Shown: positions 9,003-19,119, counted from the stretch's first letter. The stretch: DNA of 64,000 bases from Spirochaetia bacterium (GCA_965203515.1 OZ241907.1:1280001-1344000), one strand, 5' to 3'. A program made the numbers and translations. The notes: generated by a model from the letters alone, not told the origin.

Positions 9003-11164
9003 CGTCCATCACCTTCATCGTCATCGGCCGCACGCTCCACCCGCAAGCCGCGCGCCAGGTAGCCGCCCTCCTCCACCAGGAAGCCGGCGCCGCCGCTGAC
9101 GTACTCTGCGTCGCGCGCCGTGAGGATGGGGCGGCCGGCGACCGCGAATCGCAGCGCGTCGCCGGCCGCGGTCAGCGCCAACCGCAGCGGCGCGTTCGGC
9201 GTCACCGCCCAACGGCGGCTCGCCAGCACCCGCGCTTCGCCGTCGCGCCGCTTGAGCAGGCGCGCCTCGCCGCCGCTCAGCACCGCGGCGTAGTACCGGC
9301 GGTGACCGCGGGCGCGCGCCACCAGCCCGGCCGTCCGCTGGTGCACGGGCGTCAACTCGGAGGAAACGGTGTAGTCGTCCCAGTCGCGGGTCCCGATCGT
9401 GACGACGCCGTCGTCGCCCGGGTGCGAGATCGAGAAGGTGGTCGTGTAGTCGGGGGCGAGGTTCCGGGCCGAGCTGAGAAACGCCTTCAGCCACGGCGCG
9501 TCGGTGGTCCAGGGCGTCAGCTCCGGGGAGAGCTCGCCGGCGTCGCCCATGACGAAGCGCTCCGGCGCCCCGTACCAGTCGAGCCGGCGCAGGGTGAGCG
9601 CGCCATCCAGCCGGCGCGGCGCGCTCAGCTCGATGCCGAGCTGATGGATCGGCTGCCCGCCGCAGTCCGGCACCCGCCAGCGGAGCTCGTTGGCGCCCGG
9701 CTGCAGGTCGGTCGCCGGGCCGTAGCGCGTGCGCAGCGAACCGTCGCCCCGGTAGTGGCGGACGAAGAAGCGCCAGCGGGGATTCGCCCCGGCGCCGCAA
9801 TCGACCCGGGCGCGCACCGTCTGCGTGCCGTACAGCGTGGGGCTGGCCAGCACCTCGAAATAGCTGGTGTCCCGCACGCCGCTCGGTTCGGGAGGGAAGC
9901 AGGTCTGCACGCGCAGGCGCCCGCAACGGCCCGGCGCCAGCCGCTCGTAGGCGATTACCAGCCCCGCGCCCGCGCTGCGCAGGCCGGTGACCGCCTGCGC
10001 GTGGCGCGGCTCGCGGTCGGCCCGGAATCCCTGGGTCGCGCCGGGAAACTCGAACCCGAAGCGCGGCTGCCGCGGCGGCAGCTCCTCGCCGCGCAGCGCC
10101 GCCGCGGCGCGCAGGATGCGCCGGGTCTCGCGCACCGCGTCGGTCACGCACTCGCCGCCGTCGGCGCTCACCGCGTAGAGCCGGTCGGCCACCGGCGCGC
10201 GCAGGTCGACCCCGGTCGAGAGCGCCGCCAACCCCAGCCGCACGCCGTTCAGGCAGCCGACGTTGCCGGCGTTGCAGTCGGTGTCCCAACCGGCGCTGGC
10301 GGCGATGCTCACGCTGCCCGGCAGGTCATCGCCGCCGAGCAGGAACGCCATCAGCACCGCCAGGTGATTGGTCACCATCGGGCAGTTGCCGGGGTAGCGG
10401 TGGTAGCCGTGCTCGCGCTCGATCCAGTCGCGCACCTCGCGCCAGTCGGCGGCCGGCCGGCAGCGCCGCCGCAACGCGCCGACCAGGCCGCGCAGGGCGG
10501 CGCTGCCGGTCAGGGCCAGCGCGCGCTCCAGCAGCCGGTCGACGTCCCGCTCCACGAACGCCAGCGACTCCAGCACCGCCAGGAAGACCGCGCACTCGAC
10601 CGCGATCCCGTCGTGGCTCACGCCGGCGGCGGCGCGCGCCAGCCGCGCGGCCCGCTCCGGCGCGCCGGGGTTGGCCAGCGCCCAGCCGTCGATGAATATC
10701 TGCGCGCCGATCTGCTCCGCCATCGCGCGTCCGTTCAGCGCGATCGAGCCGCTCGCCGGCGCGGCGTGCCCCTGCCGCAGGCGCAGCCAGGCGGTGTGTT
10801 CGGTCGAGCGGCTCATCCCGCCCCACCAGAGAATCGTCTTGTCCTCGATGACGTAGTTCAACCAGCACTCGCCGATCTGCCGCGCGCTCAGCCCCGGATC
10901 GAAGCCGTGATCCTCCAGCGCCCGCAAGAAGACGAAGGTCCCGGAGATGTCGTCGTCGGGGACGATCAGCGGCATCCCCACCTCGTGGTGGACGTAGTTC
11001 GCCACCGTCCCGAACCGTTCCCGGATCGCCTCGTAGCGCCAGCCTTCGACCGCGCGCCCCAGGTAGACGCCGATCAGCTTGCCCAGCACGCCCGCGTAGA
11101 CGCGCTGGCGCGTCGCCTCGGTCAACTTCCCCTCGGTCAACCGCTCCCCGGTCGCGGCGCTCAT
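8999..11164 (-). CDS. ADP-ribosylglycohydrolase-family protein with C-terminal extension (paralog 1)
   Basis: Same motifs (PDDDISG, SHDG, GWDTDCNAG); colinear with neighbour; 4-nt ATGA overlap. Confidence 0.85.
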   Translation of the reverse strand: MSAATGERLTEGKLTEATRQRVYAGVLGKLIGVYLGRAVEGWRYEAIRERFGTVANYVHHEVGMPLIVPDDDISGTFVFLRALEDHGFDPGLSARQIGECWLNYVIEDKTILWWGGMSRSTEHTAWLRLRQGHAAPASGSIALNGRAMAEQIGAQIFIDGWALANPGAPERAARLARAAAGVSHDGIAVECAVFLAVLESLAFVERDVDRLLERALALTGSAALRGLVGALRRRCRPAADWREVRDWIEREHGYHRYPGNCPMVTNHLAVLMAFLLGGDDLPGSVSIAASAGWDTDCNAGNVGCLNGVRLGLAALSTGVDLRAPVADRLYAVSADGGECVTDAVRETRRILRAAAALRGEELPPRQPRFGFEFPGATQGFRADREPRHAQAVTGLRSAGAGLVIAYERLAPGRCGRLRVQTCFPPEPSGVRDTSYFEVLASPTLYGTQTVRARVDCGAGANPRWRFFVRHYRGDGSLRTRYGPATDLQPGANELRWRVPDCGGQPIHQLGIELSAPRRLDGALTLRRLDWYGAPERFVMGDAGELSPELTPWTTDAPWLKAFLSSARNLAPDYTTTFSISHPGDDGVVTIGTRDWDDYTVSSELTPVHQRTAGLVARARGHRRYYAAVLSGGEARLLKRRDGEARVLASRRWAVTPNAPLRLALTAAGDALRFAVAGRPILTARDAEYVSGGAGFLVEEGGYLARGLRVERAADDDEGDGR

Positions 11165-11168
11165 CGGC

Positions 11169-11999
11169 TCAGCCCTTGAGCGCCCCGCTGATCAGCCCCT
11201 CGATGAAGTAGCGCTGGACCAGCACGAAGAAGAGCAGCGGAGGCGCGATCATGAGGAAGGTTCCGGCCATCATCACGCTCATGTTGTCGGTAAAGGTGCC
11301 GTTCATCGACAGCAGGCCGAGCGTGGCGGTGATGCTCTCCTGGCCCAGGAAGGTGCGCGTGATCAGGAACTCGTTCCACGCCTGCAGGCCGACGATCACG
11401 GCGACGGTGATCATGCCGGGCCGTACCGCCGGAAACAGCACCGACAGCAGCACGCGCGCGGTGCCGGCGCCGTCGATCCGGGCCGCCTCCTCGAGCTGTT
11501 CCGGCACCGCCAGAAAGAACGCGCGCATCAGGAACACCGCCAGCGGCATGTTGAGCGCCGCCAGCACCACGCCGACCCCGTACAGGCTGCCGAGCAGCCC
11601 CAGCACACGCGCAAACAGATAGTAGAGCGGAAACAGGAACAACTGGATCGGGACCGTGATCGCCACCATGAAGTAGATCGTCACGATCCGCCACTGGCGC
11701 ACCCGCCGCCGCGCCAGCACGTAGCCGGCCAGGGAGGCGCAGAACAGCACCGTGAGCACGGCCGTGCCGCTCAACAGCCCGCTGTTCACGAAGCCGCGCG
11801 CGAACTGCCCGTAGCGCCACGCCTGCTCGAAGTTCTCCCAGCGCGGCGTCTGCGGCGCGCCGAGCGGGTTGCGCACCACCTCGCGGTGGGTCTTCAAGCT
11901 GTTGATCGCCACCAGCGCCAGGGGCGCCAGCGCCGTGAACGCAAAGAAGATGAGCACCAGATGGGCGCTCAGCGAGTGGCGCGCGCGCCGCGCGGTCAC
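11169..11999 (-). CDS. Carbohydrate ABC transporter permease (MalG-like)
   Basis: EEAARIDGA loop, WNEF, QRYFIEGL..GALKG; GTG overlaps upstream TGA. Confidence 0.9.
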   Translation of the reverse strand: MTARRARHSLSAHLVLIFFAFTALAPLALVAINSLKTHREVVRNPLGAPQTPRWENFEQAWRYGQFARGFVNSGLLSGTAVLTVLFCASLAGYVLARRRVRQWRIVTIYFMVAITVPIQLFLFPLYYLFARVLGLLGSLYGVGVVLAALNMPLAVFLMRAFFLAVPEQLEEAARIDGAGTARVLLSVLFPAVRPGMITVAVIVGLQAWNEFLITRTFLGQESITATLGLLSMNGTFTDNMSVMMAGTFLMIAPPLLFFVLVQRYFIEGLISGALKG

Positions 12000-12880
12000 G
12001 CCGATACCTCGCGCCGGCTCATCCAGACGTAGAAGACGGAGGCCGCCAGGCCGAAGGCGCTCATCACCAGACCGGTGGCCGCCGCCTTGCCGTATTGGAA
12101 CGCGTTGAAGGCGAGGGTGTAGGCGTAGGTGCTCAGCATCTCCGAGCCGTGCGCGGGGCCGCCGCCGGTCATGATGTAGACGTACTCGAAGGTCAGGAAC
12201 GAGAAGATCGTGATGATCACGAAGGTCAGCAGCACGGTCGGCAGGATCGTCGGCAGATAGATGAAGCGGAACAGGTGGAGCGCGCCCGCTCCCTCGACCG
12301 TGGCCGCCTCGACCAGCTCCTGCGGCGTCTGCCGCAGCGCCGCCAGATAGATCACGGTCAGGAACCCCCAGTAGTGCCAGATGTCGACCATCGCCACGAA
12401 GTAGAGCGCCGTGTCCGGGTTGCCCAGCGGCGAGCGCAGGGGCGCCAGCGGCGAGCCGCGCGGAAACAGATGACGCACGTGGCGCAGCAGGCCGGAGACC
12501 GGGTTGAGGATGATGTTGAGCCACAGGATGGCGTTGGTCACCGGCGCCAGCACGTACGGGCCGAGGTAGATCATCTGATAGAGCGTGCGCGTGCGGCGCC
12601 GCTTGAGCAGCAGCATGGCGGTGAGCAGCCCCACCCCGACCGGGACGGTCAGGAACAGCAGCGTCCACCTGACGTTGTTGCCCAGCGCCTTCCAGAACAC
12701 CCGGTCGGCGAAGATCTTCTCGAAGTTGACCGTGCCGATCCAGTTCATGCTGAGCGACACGCCGTTCCAGTCGGTGAACGCGACGTAGGCGGTCATCAGC
12801 CCGGGGGCGAAGACCACCGCCACGCTCAGGAACAGCGCGGGCGCCAGCAGCAGGTAATACTGGAAGGACCGGCGCCGCAT
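11996..12880 (-). CDS. Carbohydrate ABC transporter permease (MalF-like)
   Basis: ELVEAATVEGA loop, MTGGGP. Confidence 0.9.
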   Translation of the reverse strand: MRRRSFQYYLLLAPALFLSVAVVFAPGLMTAYVAFTDWNGVSLSMNWIGTVNFEKIFADRVFWKALGNNVRWTLLFLTVPVGVGLLTAMLLLKRRRTRTLYQMIYLGPYVLAPVTNAILWLNIILNPVSGLLRHVRHLFPRGSPLAPLRSPLGNPDTALYFVAMVDIWHYWGFLTVIYLAALRQTPQELVEAATVEGAGALHLFRFIYLPTILPTVLLTFVIITIFSFLTFEYVYIMTGGGPAHGSEMLSTYAYTLAFNAFQYGKAAATGLVMSAFGLAASVFYVWMSRREVSA

Positions 12881-12946
12881 CGGCGTTCAGGCGGGAGGAG
12901 GGTCAGGCAGGAGGAGCAAGCGGAAGGAGGGAGCCGCCGCCGTCCG

Positions 12947-12980
12947 CCGTCCGGCCGGGCGCTGCTGCCCGGCCGGACGG
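12947..12980. terminator. Perfect 14-bp stem-loop between binding-protein and permease genes (mRNA stabiliser/attenuator)
   Basis: CCGTCCGGCCGGGC-gctgct-GCCCGGCCGGACGG; no U-tract. Confidence 0.55.
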
Positions 12981-13044
12981 GCAGCCCGGCCGGACGATGC
13001 TGCCCCGGAGATACGGGCCGGCGGCGGACGACGGGACCGCGCGG

Positions 13045-14394
13045 TCAGCCGCCGGCGGCCACGGGCGGCGGCACGGGAGCTACCAGACCGGCCGCCTTGT
13101 CCTCCTCGTACGCGGCCTGGACGTTGGCAAGGAACTCTTCCACCGTCAGCTCGCCCAGCCAGACCGAATCGATGTCGAAGAAGGCGGTCTGCGTAGCCGG
13201 CGGAAAGAAGGTCGACGGCGAGTAGCCGAAGTTGCCGGCATTGACCGCCGCGATGGCGTCCTGAATGGCGCTCAGGAAGCCGTGCGACAGCCCGCTGAAG
13301 TCGTCCAGGTCGATATCGAGCTGGCTGATCGGCACGCCCCAGTAGCCCGGCCATCCTTCGGTCATGCCGACCAGGAACTCCTGGGTCATCATGCGGTCGA
13401 TGATCGCGCCCACGGCGTCCTGCACCTCGGGCGGGGAGTAGGCGTTGATCGACAGCGAAGCGGTGGTCCCAAGCAGGAAGATCGGCGCGGGCAGCCCGGC
13501 GCGGCTCGGCAGCGGGAAGAAGCCGAGGTCGTCCAGGTTGCCGTCTTCTTCCGAGTAGAAGCTGGTCGCGAACTGAAACACGAGCGAGGGACCGAAGAAG
13601 AACGGCGCGTCGTCCGACTCCAGCAGCGACACCGAGTCCAGGAAGTTGAGGTTGAAGTAGTCCTCGCCGGCCAGGTAATCGGCCCGGAACCACTCCGCGC
13701 TCTTCCGCATGGCCGCGGCGATCGCCGGGTCGGTCCACGGAATCGTGCCGGTGATCGCGTCGTAGGTGACCTGCGGGCCGGCCCAGTGGGTGAGGAACAT
13801 CTGCGTATAGTTCTCGTTGACCGGCCGCCAGCCCTTGTTGCCGGTCACCGATGCGTAGAGGCCCTGGTCGAGCGCGTCGTCCATGATCGCCTCCAGCTCC
13901 TCGAAGGTGGTCGGGATCTCCCAGCCGTTCTCGGCGAACAGCGCCTTGTTGTAGAAGACGCCCATCGTGTTGAGCGAGTTGGGCAGCGCGTACAGGTCGC
14001 CGTCGACCGTGCCCGCTTCGTAGATCGGCGTGAGAATGCGGTCGCGCCAGCCGTACTGCTCCGCGTAGGGCTCCATCGAAGCCAGGTGCCCGGCGGCTGC
14101 GAACGGCCGCACGAAGGCGGGCCCCGATCCGTAGACCAGGTCCGGGCCGCCGCCGGCCGGCAGCACCGAAGCGATGACGCTGTCGACGTCGTTGCGGAAC
14201 TCCATCACCAGCTCGAACTGGTCCTGCGAAGCGTTGTAGGGATCGACCAGCACGGCGCGGATCACGTCCTGCAGGTGCGGACCGGCGCCCCACATCCAGA
14301 ACTGAATCTTCGTCCGCTCCTGCGCCGCGAGCGGCGCCACGCCGAGCATGCCGACGGCCAGTGCGAGGCCTGCGATCAAGAACTTGCGATGCAC
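13045..14394 (-). CDS. Carbohydrate ABC transporter solute-binding protein
   Basis: Signal peptide, GGPDL, LYALP, FYNKALF..G..IPTTFEEL; SD AGGAG upstream. Confidence 0.9.
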   Translation of the reverse strand: MHRKFLIAGLALAVGMLGVAPLAAQERTKIQFWMWGAGPHLQDVIRAVLVDPYNASQDQFELVMEFRNDVDSVIASVLPAGGGPDLVYGSGPAFVRPFAAAGHLASMEPYAEQYGWRDRILTPIYEAGTVDGDLYALPNSLNTMGVFYNKALFAENGWEIPTTFEELEAIMDDALDQGLYASVTGNKGWRPVNENYTQMFLTHWAGPQVTYDAITGTIPWTDPAIAAAMRKSAEWFRADYLAGEDYFNLNFLDSVSLLESDDAPFFFGPSLVFQFATSFYSEEDGNLDDLGFFPLPSRAGLPAPIFLLGTTASLSINAYSPPEVQDAVGAIIDRMMTQEFLVGMTEGWPGYWGVPISQLDIDLDDFSGLSHGFLSAIQDAIAAVNAGNFGYSPSTFFPPATQTAFFDIDSVWLGELTVEEFLANVQAAYEEDKAAGLVAPVPPPVAAGG

Positions 14395-14471
14395 GATGGT
14401 ATCTCCTTTGCGATCTTCTCTCTGTGTGAGGTGCGATGCATTCGCGGAAACGGGGCGAATGGCGGTTCGGT

Positions 14472-14500
14472 ACGGTACCCCGAACCCCGGCGGCGCGCAA
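14472..14500 (-). promoter_or_regulatory. Putative internal sigma70-type promoter for ABC/ARH genes
   Basis: TTGCGC-17 nt-TACCGT on minus strand. Confidence 0.45.
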
Positions 14501-14503
14501 CCG

Positions 14504-15406
14504 TCAAGCCGGCCCGCGCAGATCGGGGGTCCAGTGCCGGCGGCCGGCCCGCTCCTTTTCCCGGTCCATCTCCGCCAGGATCGCCAGGCCGCGCAAGGCC
14601 ATCCGCTGCGCCGCGTCGTGACCGGCCCCGGCGCGAAACGGCTCGCCGGTCACCACGTTGTCCGCCACCGAGCAGATCGATCCGCCGCGCCGGCCGAACA
14701 GCAGCGGCAGGGTGATCAGCGCCGCCGACTCGCGGTCGCCGTTGAGCACGCCGACGCGGCGGTAGTAATCGATCACCTCCAGGTGGGGCGGCTGCAGGTA
14801 GCCGCCGACCGACGGCCGCCCCCCGCCGCAGAAGTCGCTGTCGCTGGAGCGGGTGATGCCGACGTGGTAGCGGGCGCCGAGCTCCTCCCCCGCCTGCGCC
14901 AGGGCCAGCACCAGTTCGGGACTGGCGGCGGCCGGGAACGACGGGGCGACGTACGCCCGGGTCATCCCCTCGTCGCGCACCGCGCCGCGGCTGATCACCA
15001 CGTCGCCCGGCCGCACCGCTTCGTGCATGCCGCCGGACCCGCCGAGCCGCAGGTAGGCGCTGGCCGCGGTGTTCTCCAGAAACTCGTGCAGGATCAGCTC
15101 GGCCTCGGGCGAGCCGCTGCCGCCGCTCACCACGCTCACGTGCGCGTCCCCGTAGTAGCCGCTGCAGGTGGTGAACATGCCGGTGCGCGCCACCAGCTCG
15201 CCGTCGCGGAGCTGCGCGGCGATCTGCTGCGCCGGGTCCTCCTCATAGGCGCACAACGGGTCGCGCACCGTCACGATCACGTAGTCGCCGATGCGCGCCG
15301 GGTCGATCCCGGTCAGCGCCGGCTTGCCGTCGATCAGAAGGCCGCGGCGCGGCACGTTGGCGGCGTATCGATACCGCCGGTAGAGTTCGTCGCCGGCGTC
15401 AGTCAT
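14504..15406 (-). CDS. Nucleoside phosphorylase (uridine phosphorylase-like, PNP_UDP_1)
   Basis: SGGSGSPEA, LRLGGSG, GDVVISRGAVRDEG, FPAAA, DRESAAL. Confidence 0.8.
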   Translation of the reverse strand: MTDAGDELYRRYRYAANVPRRGLLIDGKPALTGIDPARIGDYVIVTVRDPLCAYEEDPAQQIAAQLRDGELVARTGMFTTCSGYYGDAHVSVVSGGSGSPEAELILHEFLENTAASAYLRLGGSGGMHEAVRPGDVVISRGAVRDEGMTRAYVAPSFPAAASPELVLALAQAGEELGARYHVGITRSSDSDFCGGGRPSVGGYLQPPHLEVIDYYRRVGVLNGDRESAALITLPLLFGRRGGSICSVADNVVTGEPFRAGAGHDAAQRMALRGLAILAEMDREKERAGRRHWTPDLRGPA

Positions 15407-15851
15407 CGTTCCCTCCTCCTTGTGACCCTCCTCGATGCCCTCCCTGGGGCGCCGCCGGCAGCATCTGCAGGTAGACCTGACGGTCGCGCGGGCCGTCGAA
15501 CTCCAGCAGATAGACCGCCTGCGAGTGGCCGAGCTGCAGCGTTCCCCGCTCGACGATCAGGCTGAGCGAGACGCCGACCAGCGCCGACTTCACGTGGCCG
15601 GCGGCGTCCTGCGGCGTGTCGTGCTGGTGCTTGAAGTCGATCCGCGTCGGCACCAGCCGCGCCAGCTCGTCGGCGACGTCCTCCAGGCCGAGCGGATCGG
15701 GAAAGGAGAGCACGACCAGCCCCGCGGTGGTGTGCGGGATGGTGGCTACCAGCACCCCGGACCGCAGGCCGCTCTCCCGGACGGCGGCGTGCAACGCGCC
15801 GGTCACCTCATGCGGGCCGTTGCCGGTGGTGCGCAGGCGGTGGGTACGCAT
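15399..15851 (-). CDS. yjbQ: YjbQ/UPF0047-family protein
   Basis: PHTTAG, AGHVKSALVG, LEFDGPRDR motifs. Confidence 0.85.
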   Translation of the reverse strand: MRTHRLRTTGNGPHEVTGALHAAVRESGLRSGVLVATIPHTTAGLVVLSFPDPLGLEDVADELARLVPTRIDFKHQHDTPQDAAGHVKSALVGVSLSLIVERGTLQLGHSQAVYLLEFDGPRDRQVYLQMLPAAPQGGHRGGSQGGGNDD

Positions 15852-15856
15852 GTGGT

Positions 15857-17008
15857 TCAGCCTCCCCTGATCGGCAGCCGCCGCGAGCGGCGCGTCGTGC
15901 CGCCGTCCCGGCAGTCCTGCCAGCGCCCGCGCGCGCCGCGGCCGTACTCCGCGCCCAGCGCGGCGCTCAACCGGGCGGCGAACAGCGCCGGAGCCGCAGC
16001 GTACAGGAACGGCGCGAACAGGGTATTGGGCGGGGCCGGCAGTATGACGGTCCGCTTGAGCCCCTCGCCCAGCGCCGCGTCGGTCACGATGCGCCAGGGA
16101 CGCTCCAGCCGCTCCAGGATCGGCTCGATCTCCGCCACCCGGCTGCGGTCGCGCCCCGGCGGCGGGCAGAGCACCCAGGTCGCGCAGGCGGCGGGATCGC
16201 GCGCGAAGTAGTGCAGATGCAGCCACTCTTCCAGGTCCTGGTCGAGGGCCGGGACGCCGGCCGCCTCCAGCAGCTTGGCGCTGCCGTAGGCGGCCGCGGC
16301 GCGCGCCGGACCGGCGGCCAGGAGCTCGTAGCGGCCGTGACCGCGCCACTCCTGCGCCAGCGCGGCGAGCTGCCGGTCGAGCGCCGGCAGCATCCGGCCG
16401 ATCACCGCGGCGGTCTCGAGCAGATCGCGCCGCAACCGTTCGGCCTCGTCCTGCCGCAGCCGGGCGCGCACCTCGCCGATGCGGATCGCCAGCAGGTAGA
16501 GCGCCAGCGCGGAGAGAAAGAAGGACCGCACGCCGGGCGCGGCCGGATACGGCGGCAGCGTGAGCGGCAGGCAGCGCGCGGCCGCCCGCGCCAGGCTGCT
16601 GCCCGGATCGGCGGTCAGCGCCACGGTCAGGGCGCCGCGCGCCCGCCACTGCTCGACCGCCTCGACCGTCCGGGCCACCTCGCCGGAGGCGCTGACCGCC
16701 AGCAGCAGCGGATCGTGGGGCAGGCGGCGCCGCGGCAACGCCACCTCGTAGCGCGCCGCCTGCAGCGCGTTCAGGGGCCGGCAGAGGATGCCGGTCAGCT
16801 CCGTCCAGGCGGCGGCGACCAGCGCGCCCGCGATCCGCGAATCGCCGCAGCCGGTGACGATCACCTCGCGCACCCCGAACGCCTCGGCGTTGGGGAGCAG
16901 CGCGCGCGCGGAGGCTTCCAGCTCCGCGTACCCGGACGCAAGCAGCTCCGGCAGGCTGAACACCTGCGCGCGCATCGGGTCGTCCGGGGGCGCCGTCGCG
17001 GCGTTCAT
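15857..17008 (-). CDS. SIS-domain sugar-phosphate isomerase/deglycase (GlmS C-terminal/FrlB-like)
   Basis: TGCGDS, VSASGE...TVEA, LTADPGSSLA, AKLLEA...EEWLH. Confidence 0.8.
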   Translation of the reverse strand: MNAATAPPDDPMRAQVFSLPELLASGYAELEASARALLPNAEAFGVREVIVTGCGDSRIAGALVAAAWTELTGILCRPLNALQAARYEVALPRRRLPHDPLLLAVSASGEVARTVEAVEQWRARGALTVALTADPGSSLARAAARCLPLTLPPYPAAPGVRSFFLSALALYLLAIRIGEVRARLRQDEAERLRRDLLETAAVIGRMLPALDRQLAALAQEWRGHGRYELLAAGPARAAAAYGSAKLLEAAGVPALDQDLEEWLHLHYFARDPAACATWVLCPPPGRDRSRVAEIEPILERLERPWRIVTDAALGEGLKRTVILPAPPNTLFAPFLYAAAPALFAARLSAALGAEYGRGARGRWQDCRDGGTTRRSRRLPIRGG

Positions 17009-18060
17009 GGGGCCGCTCCCGCGGCCGCCCCGCGCCGTACCTGTCCGCTCCGGACCTGGCCGCGCTGTACCCGGGCGAGCAGCGCGTCGCGCCGCCGGCG
17101 CCACTCATCGCGGACCCGGTCGAGCCGCGGCGGCGGACCGGACTGGGCGATCATCAGCGAGGCGGCGGCCGCCGCGCCGCAGCCTGAGCGCGGCCAATCG
17201 TCGTTCCGGGCATGCCGGCCATGCCGACCGAGCCCGGCCAGCAGCGCACCGCCGAACGCGTTGCCGGCGCCGGTCACGTCGACCGCCGGCGCCGGCCAGG
17301 CCGGGATGCGCCAACACTCCGCCGGACTGCGCGCCAGCAGCGCGCCGGCGGCGCCGAGCCGCAGCGCCACCCCGCCCACCCCGGCCTCAAGCAACCGGGC
17401 GACGATCGCCTGCGGCTCCTGCCGGCCGCACAGGCGGCGGCCTTCGGCGAGGTTGAGCGACACCAGATCGACCTGCGCCAGGCGCGCGGCGACCGCCGGC
17501 CAGCAGTCCGGTTCGGCGGCGGCCGCATGCAGCTCCCACAGCAGCGCGGCGCCGGTCCCGTCGCGCAACGCCGCGGCGCCGCGCCAGAACGCCGCGGCGT
17601 GATCCTGAAAGAGGTAGTAGCCGCGCGCGCCGCGGTAGGCCGGCGGCAGCCGGTCGACGCGCGGCGCCATCCGGGCGAAGTGCTCGCCGCCGAACGCCGG
17701 CGTCTCCGTGCGGGCGTCCTCGGCGCGGTATACCACGTTGCTGCGCGGGGTGCGCCGGCCGCGCCGTTCCAGGCCGGCCGTGTCGACGTCGTTCTCCCGG
17801 AACCAGGCCGCGTGCTCGGAGGCGGGGAAGTCCTCCCCCACCCCGCACGCGATCCCGACCCGCTCGACCGGCCGCGCGGCCAGCCGCAGCCCGGCGGCCG
17901 CGTAGCTGCCGGCACCGCCCAGCGCCCCGCGCCGCCCGCCGCCGTCGGCGAAGCGCAGGTCGTCGATGATGACGTGCGACAACACGACGTAATCGACCCG
18001 CGGCGCGGGTCCGCGGCAGGCGCCGGCCGCCGCCGCAGCCGGTTCATCACGGGCGGGCAA
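17005..18060 (-). CDS. PfkB-family carbohydrate kinase (start uncertain: TTG 18060 or GTG 17985)
   Basis: GGAGSYAAAG, GVGEDF, SLNLAEG, VDVTGAGNAFGG signature. Confidence 0.8.
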   Translation of the reverse strand: MPARDEPAAAAAGACRGPAPRVDYVVLSHVIIDDLRFADGGGRRGALGGAGSYAAAGLRLAARPVERVGIACGVGEDFPASEHAAWFRENDVDTAGLERRGRRTPRSNVVYRAEDARTETPAFGGEHFARMAPRVDRLPPAYRGARGYYLFQDHAAAFWRGAAALRDGTGAALLWELHAAAAEPDCWPAVAARLAQVDLVSLNLAEGRRLCGRQEPQAIVARLLEAGVGGVALRLGAAGALLARSPAECWRIPAWPAPAVDVTGAGNAFGGALLAGLGRHGRHARNDDWPRSGCGAAAAASLMIAQSGPPPRLDRVRDEWRRRRDALLARVQRGQVRSGQVRRGAAAGAAP

Positions 18061-18099
18061 GCCGGTATCGTATGCGTACGGCCGACGGATGACCAGAGT

Positions 18100-19119
18100 A
18101 TGAGCGACGCTAGCCACGCCCCTCGTCAAGACCCCCGCGCCGCTCCCCCCACTTCGGTGCTCATCGATTGCGACCCGGGCATGGACGACGCGCTGGCGCT
18201 GATCGTCGCGCTCAAGACCGCCTGCCTGCGCGTGCGCGCGGTCACCAGCGTCTCCGGCAATCTGCCGGCCGCGCGCTGCTACCGGAACATCCACGCCATC
18301 CTCCGGCTGATGGGGGTGACCGACCTGCCGACCGGCTGCGGCGCGCCGCAGCCGCTGGTGCGCGAGCTGGCCCACGACCCGTTTTCGCATGGCGCGGACG
18401 GCCTGGGGGAGACCGGGCTGGCCCCGGTCCCGGTCCCGGTCCCGTCCCCGCCCCGCTTCGCGCCCGACCTCCTGGTCGAGCTGGCGCGTCGGCAGGCCGG
18501 CGGCGACGACCCGCTCACCGTGGTGACGCTGGGGCCGCTGACCAACATCGCCCTTGCCCTGCAGATCGAGCCGCGCCTGCCGCAGCTCGTCCGCCGCCTG
18601 ATCATCCTGGGCGGCGCCTTCGGCCTGCAGCGCGAGGCGGCGCTCAACGCCACCGGCGACAATCCGGTCAGCGAGTGGAACGTCTACGTCGACCCGGAAG
18701 CGGCGCGCCGCGTGGTCCACGCCGGCTTCGACCTGGTCGCGGTGGGACTCGACGTCGCGACCCACCACGCCATCCGCCTCATCGCCGCCGACGAAGCCCG
18801 GTTGCGCGCGTCCGACCTGCCGGAGGCTCGCCTGGCGAGCGGCATGCTCGACTTCGTGCTCGGACGCGGCTTCCCGAGCTACTGCGTGCTGATCGACTCC
18901 TGCGCCGTCGCCGCGGCCGCGCGTCCCGATCTGATCGAGACCGTGTCCCTGCACTGCGACGTGGAGACGGCCGGGGAGCTGACGCGCGGGCAGACCGTCG
19001 CCGACATTCGCCGGAACTTCCGCTGGCGGCGCCTGCCGGCGCTGCGGGCCGCGCGCGACGCCGACTTTCCCGCGCTCCGCCGCTTCATCCTCGACACGCT
19101 GCTCGAGACCGGCGCCTGA
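18100..19119 (+). CDS. Inosine/uridine-preferring nucleoside hydrolase family
   Basis: IDCDPGMDDALA, HGADGLG, LGPLTNIA, SEWNVYVDPEAA. Confidence 0.9.
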   Translation: MSDASHAPRQDPRAAPPTSVLIDCDPGMDDALALIVALKTACLRVRAVTSVSGNLPAARCYRNIHAILRLMGVTDLPTGCGAPQPLVRELAHDPFSHGADGLGETGLAPVPVPVPSPPRFAPDLLVELARRQAGGDDPLTVVTLGPLTNIALALQIEPRLPQLVRRLIILGGAFGLQREAALNATGDNPVSEWNVYVDPEAARRVVHAGFDLVAVGLDVATHHAIRLIAADEARLRASDLPEARLASGMLDFVLGRGFPSYCVLIDSCAVAAAARPDLIETVSLHCDVETAGELTRGQTVADIRRNFRWRRLPALRAARDADFPALRRFILDTLLETGA

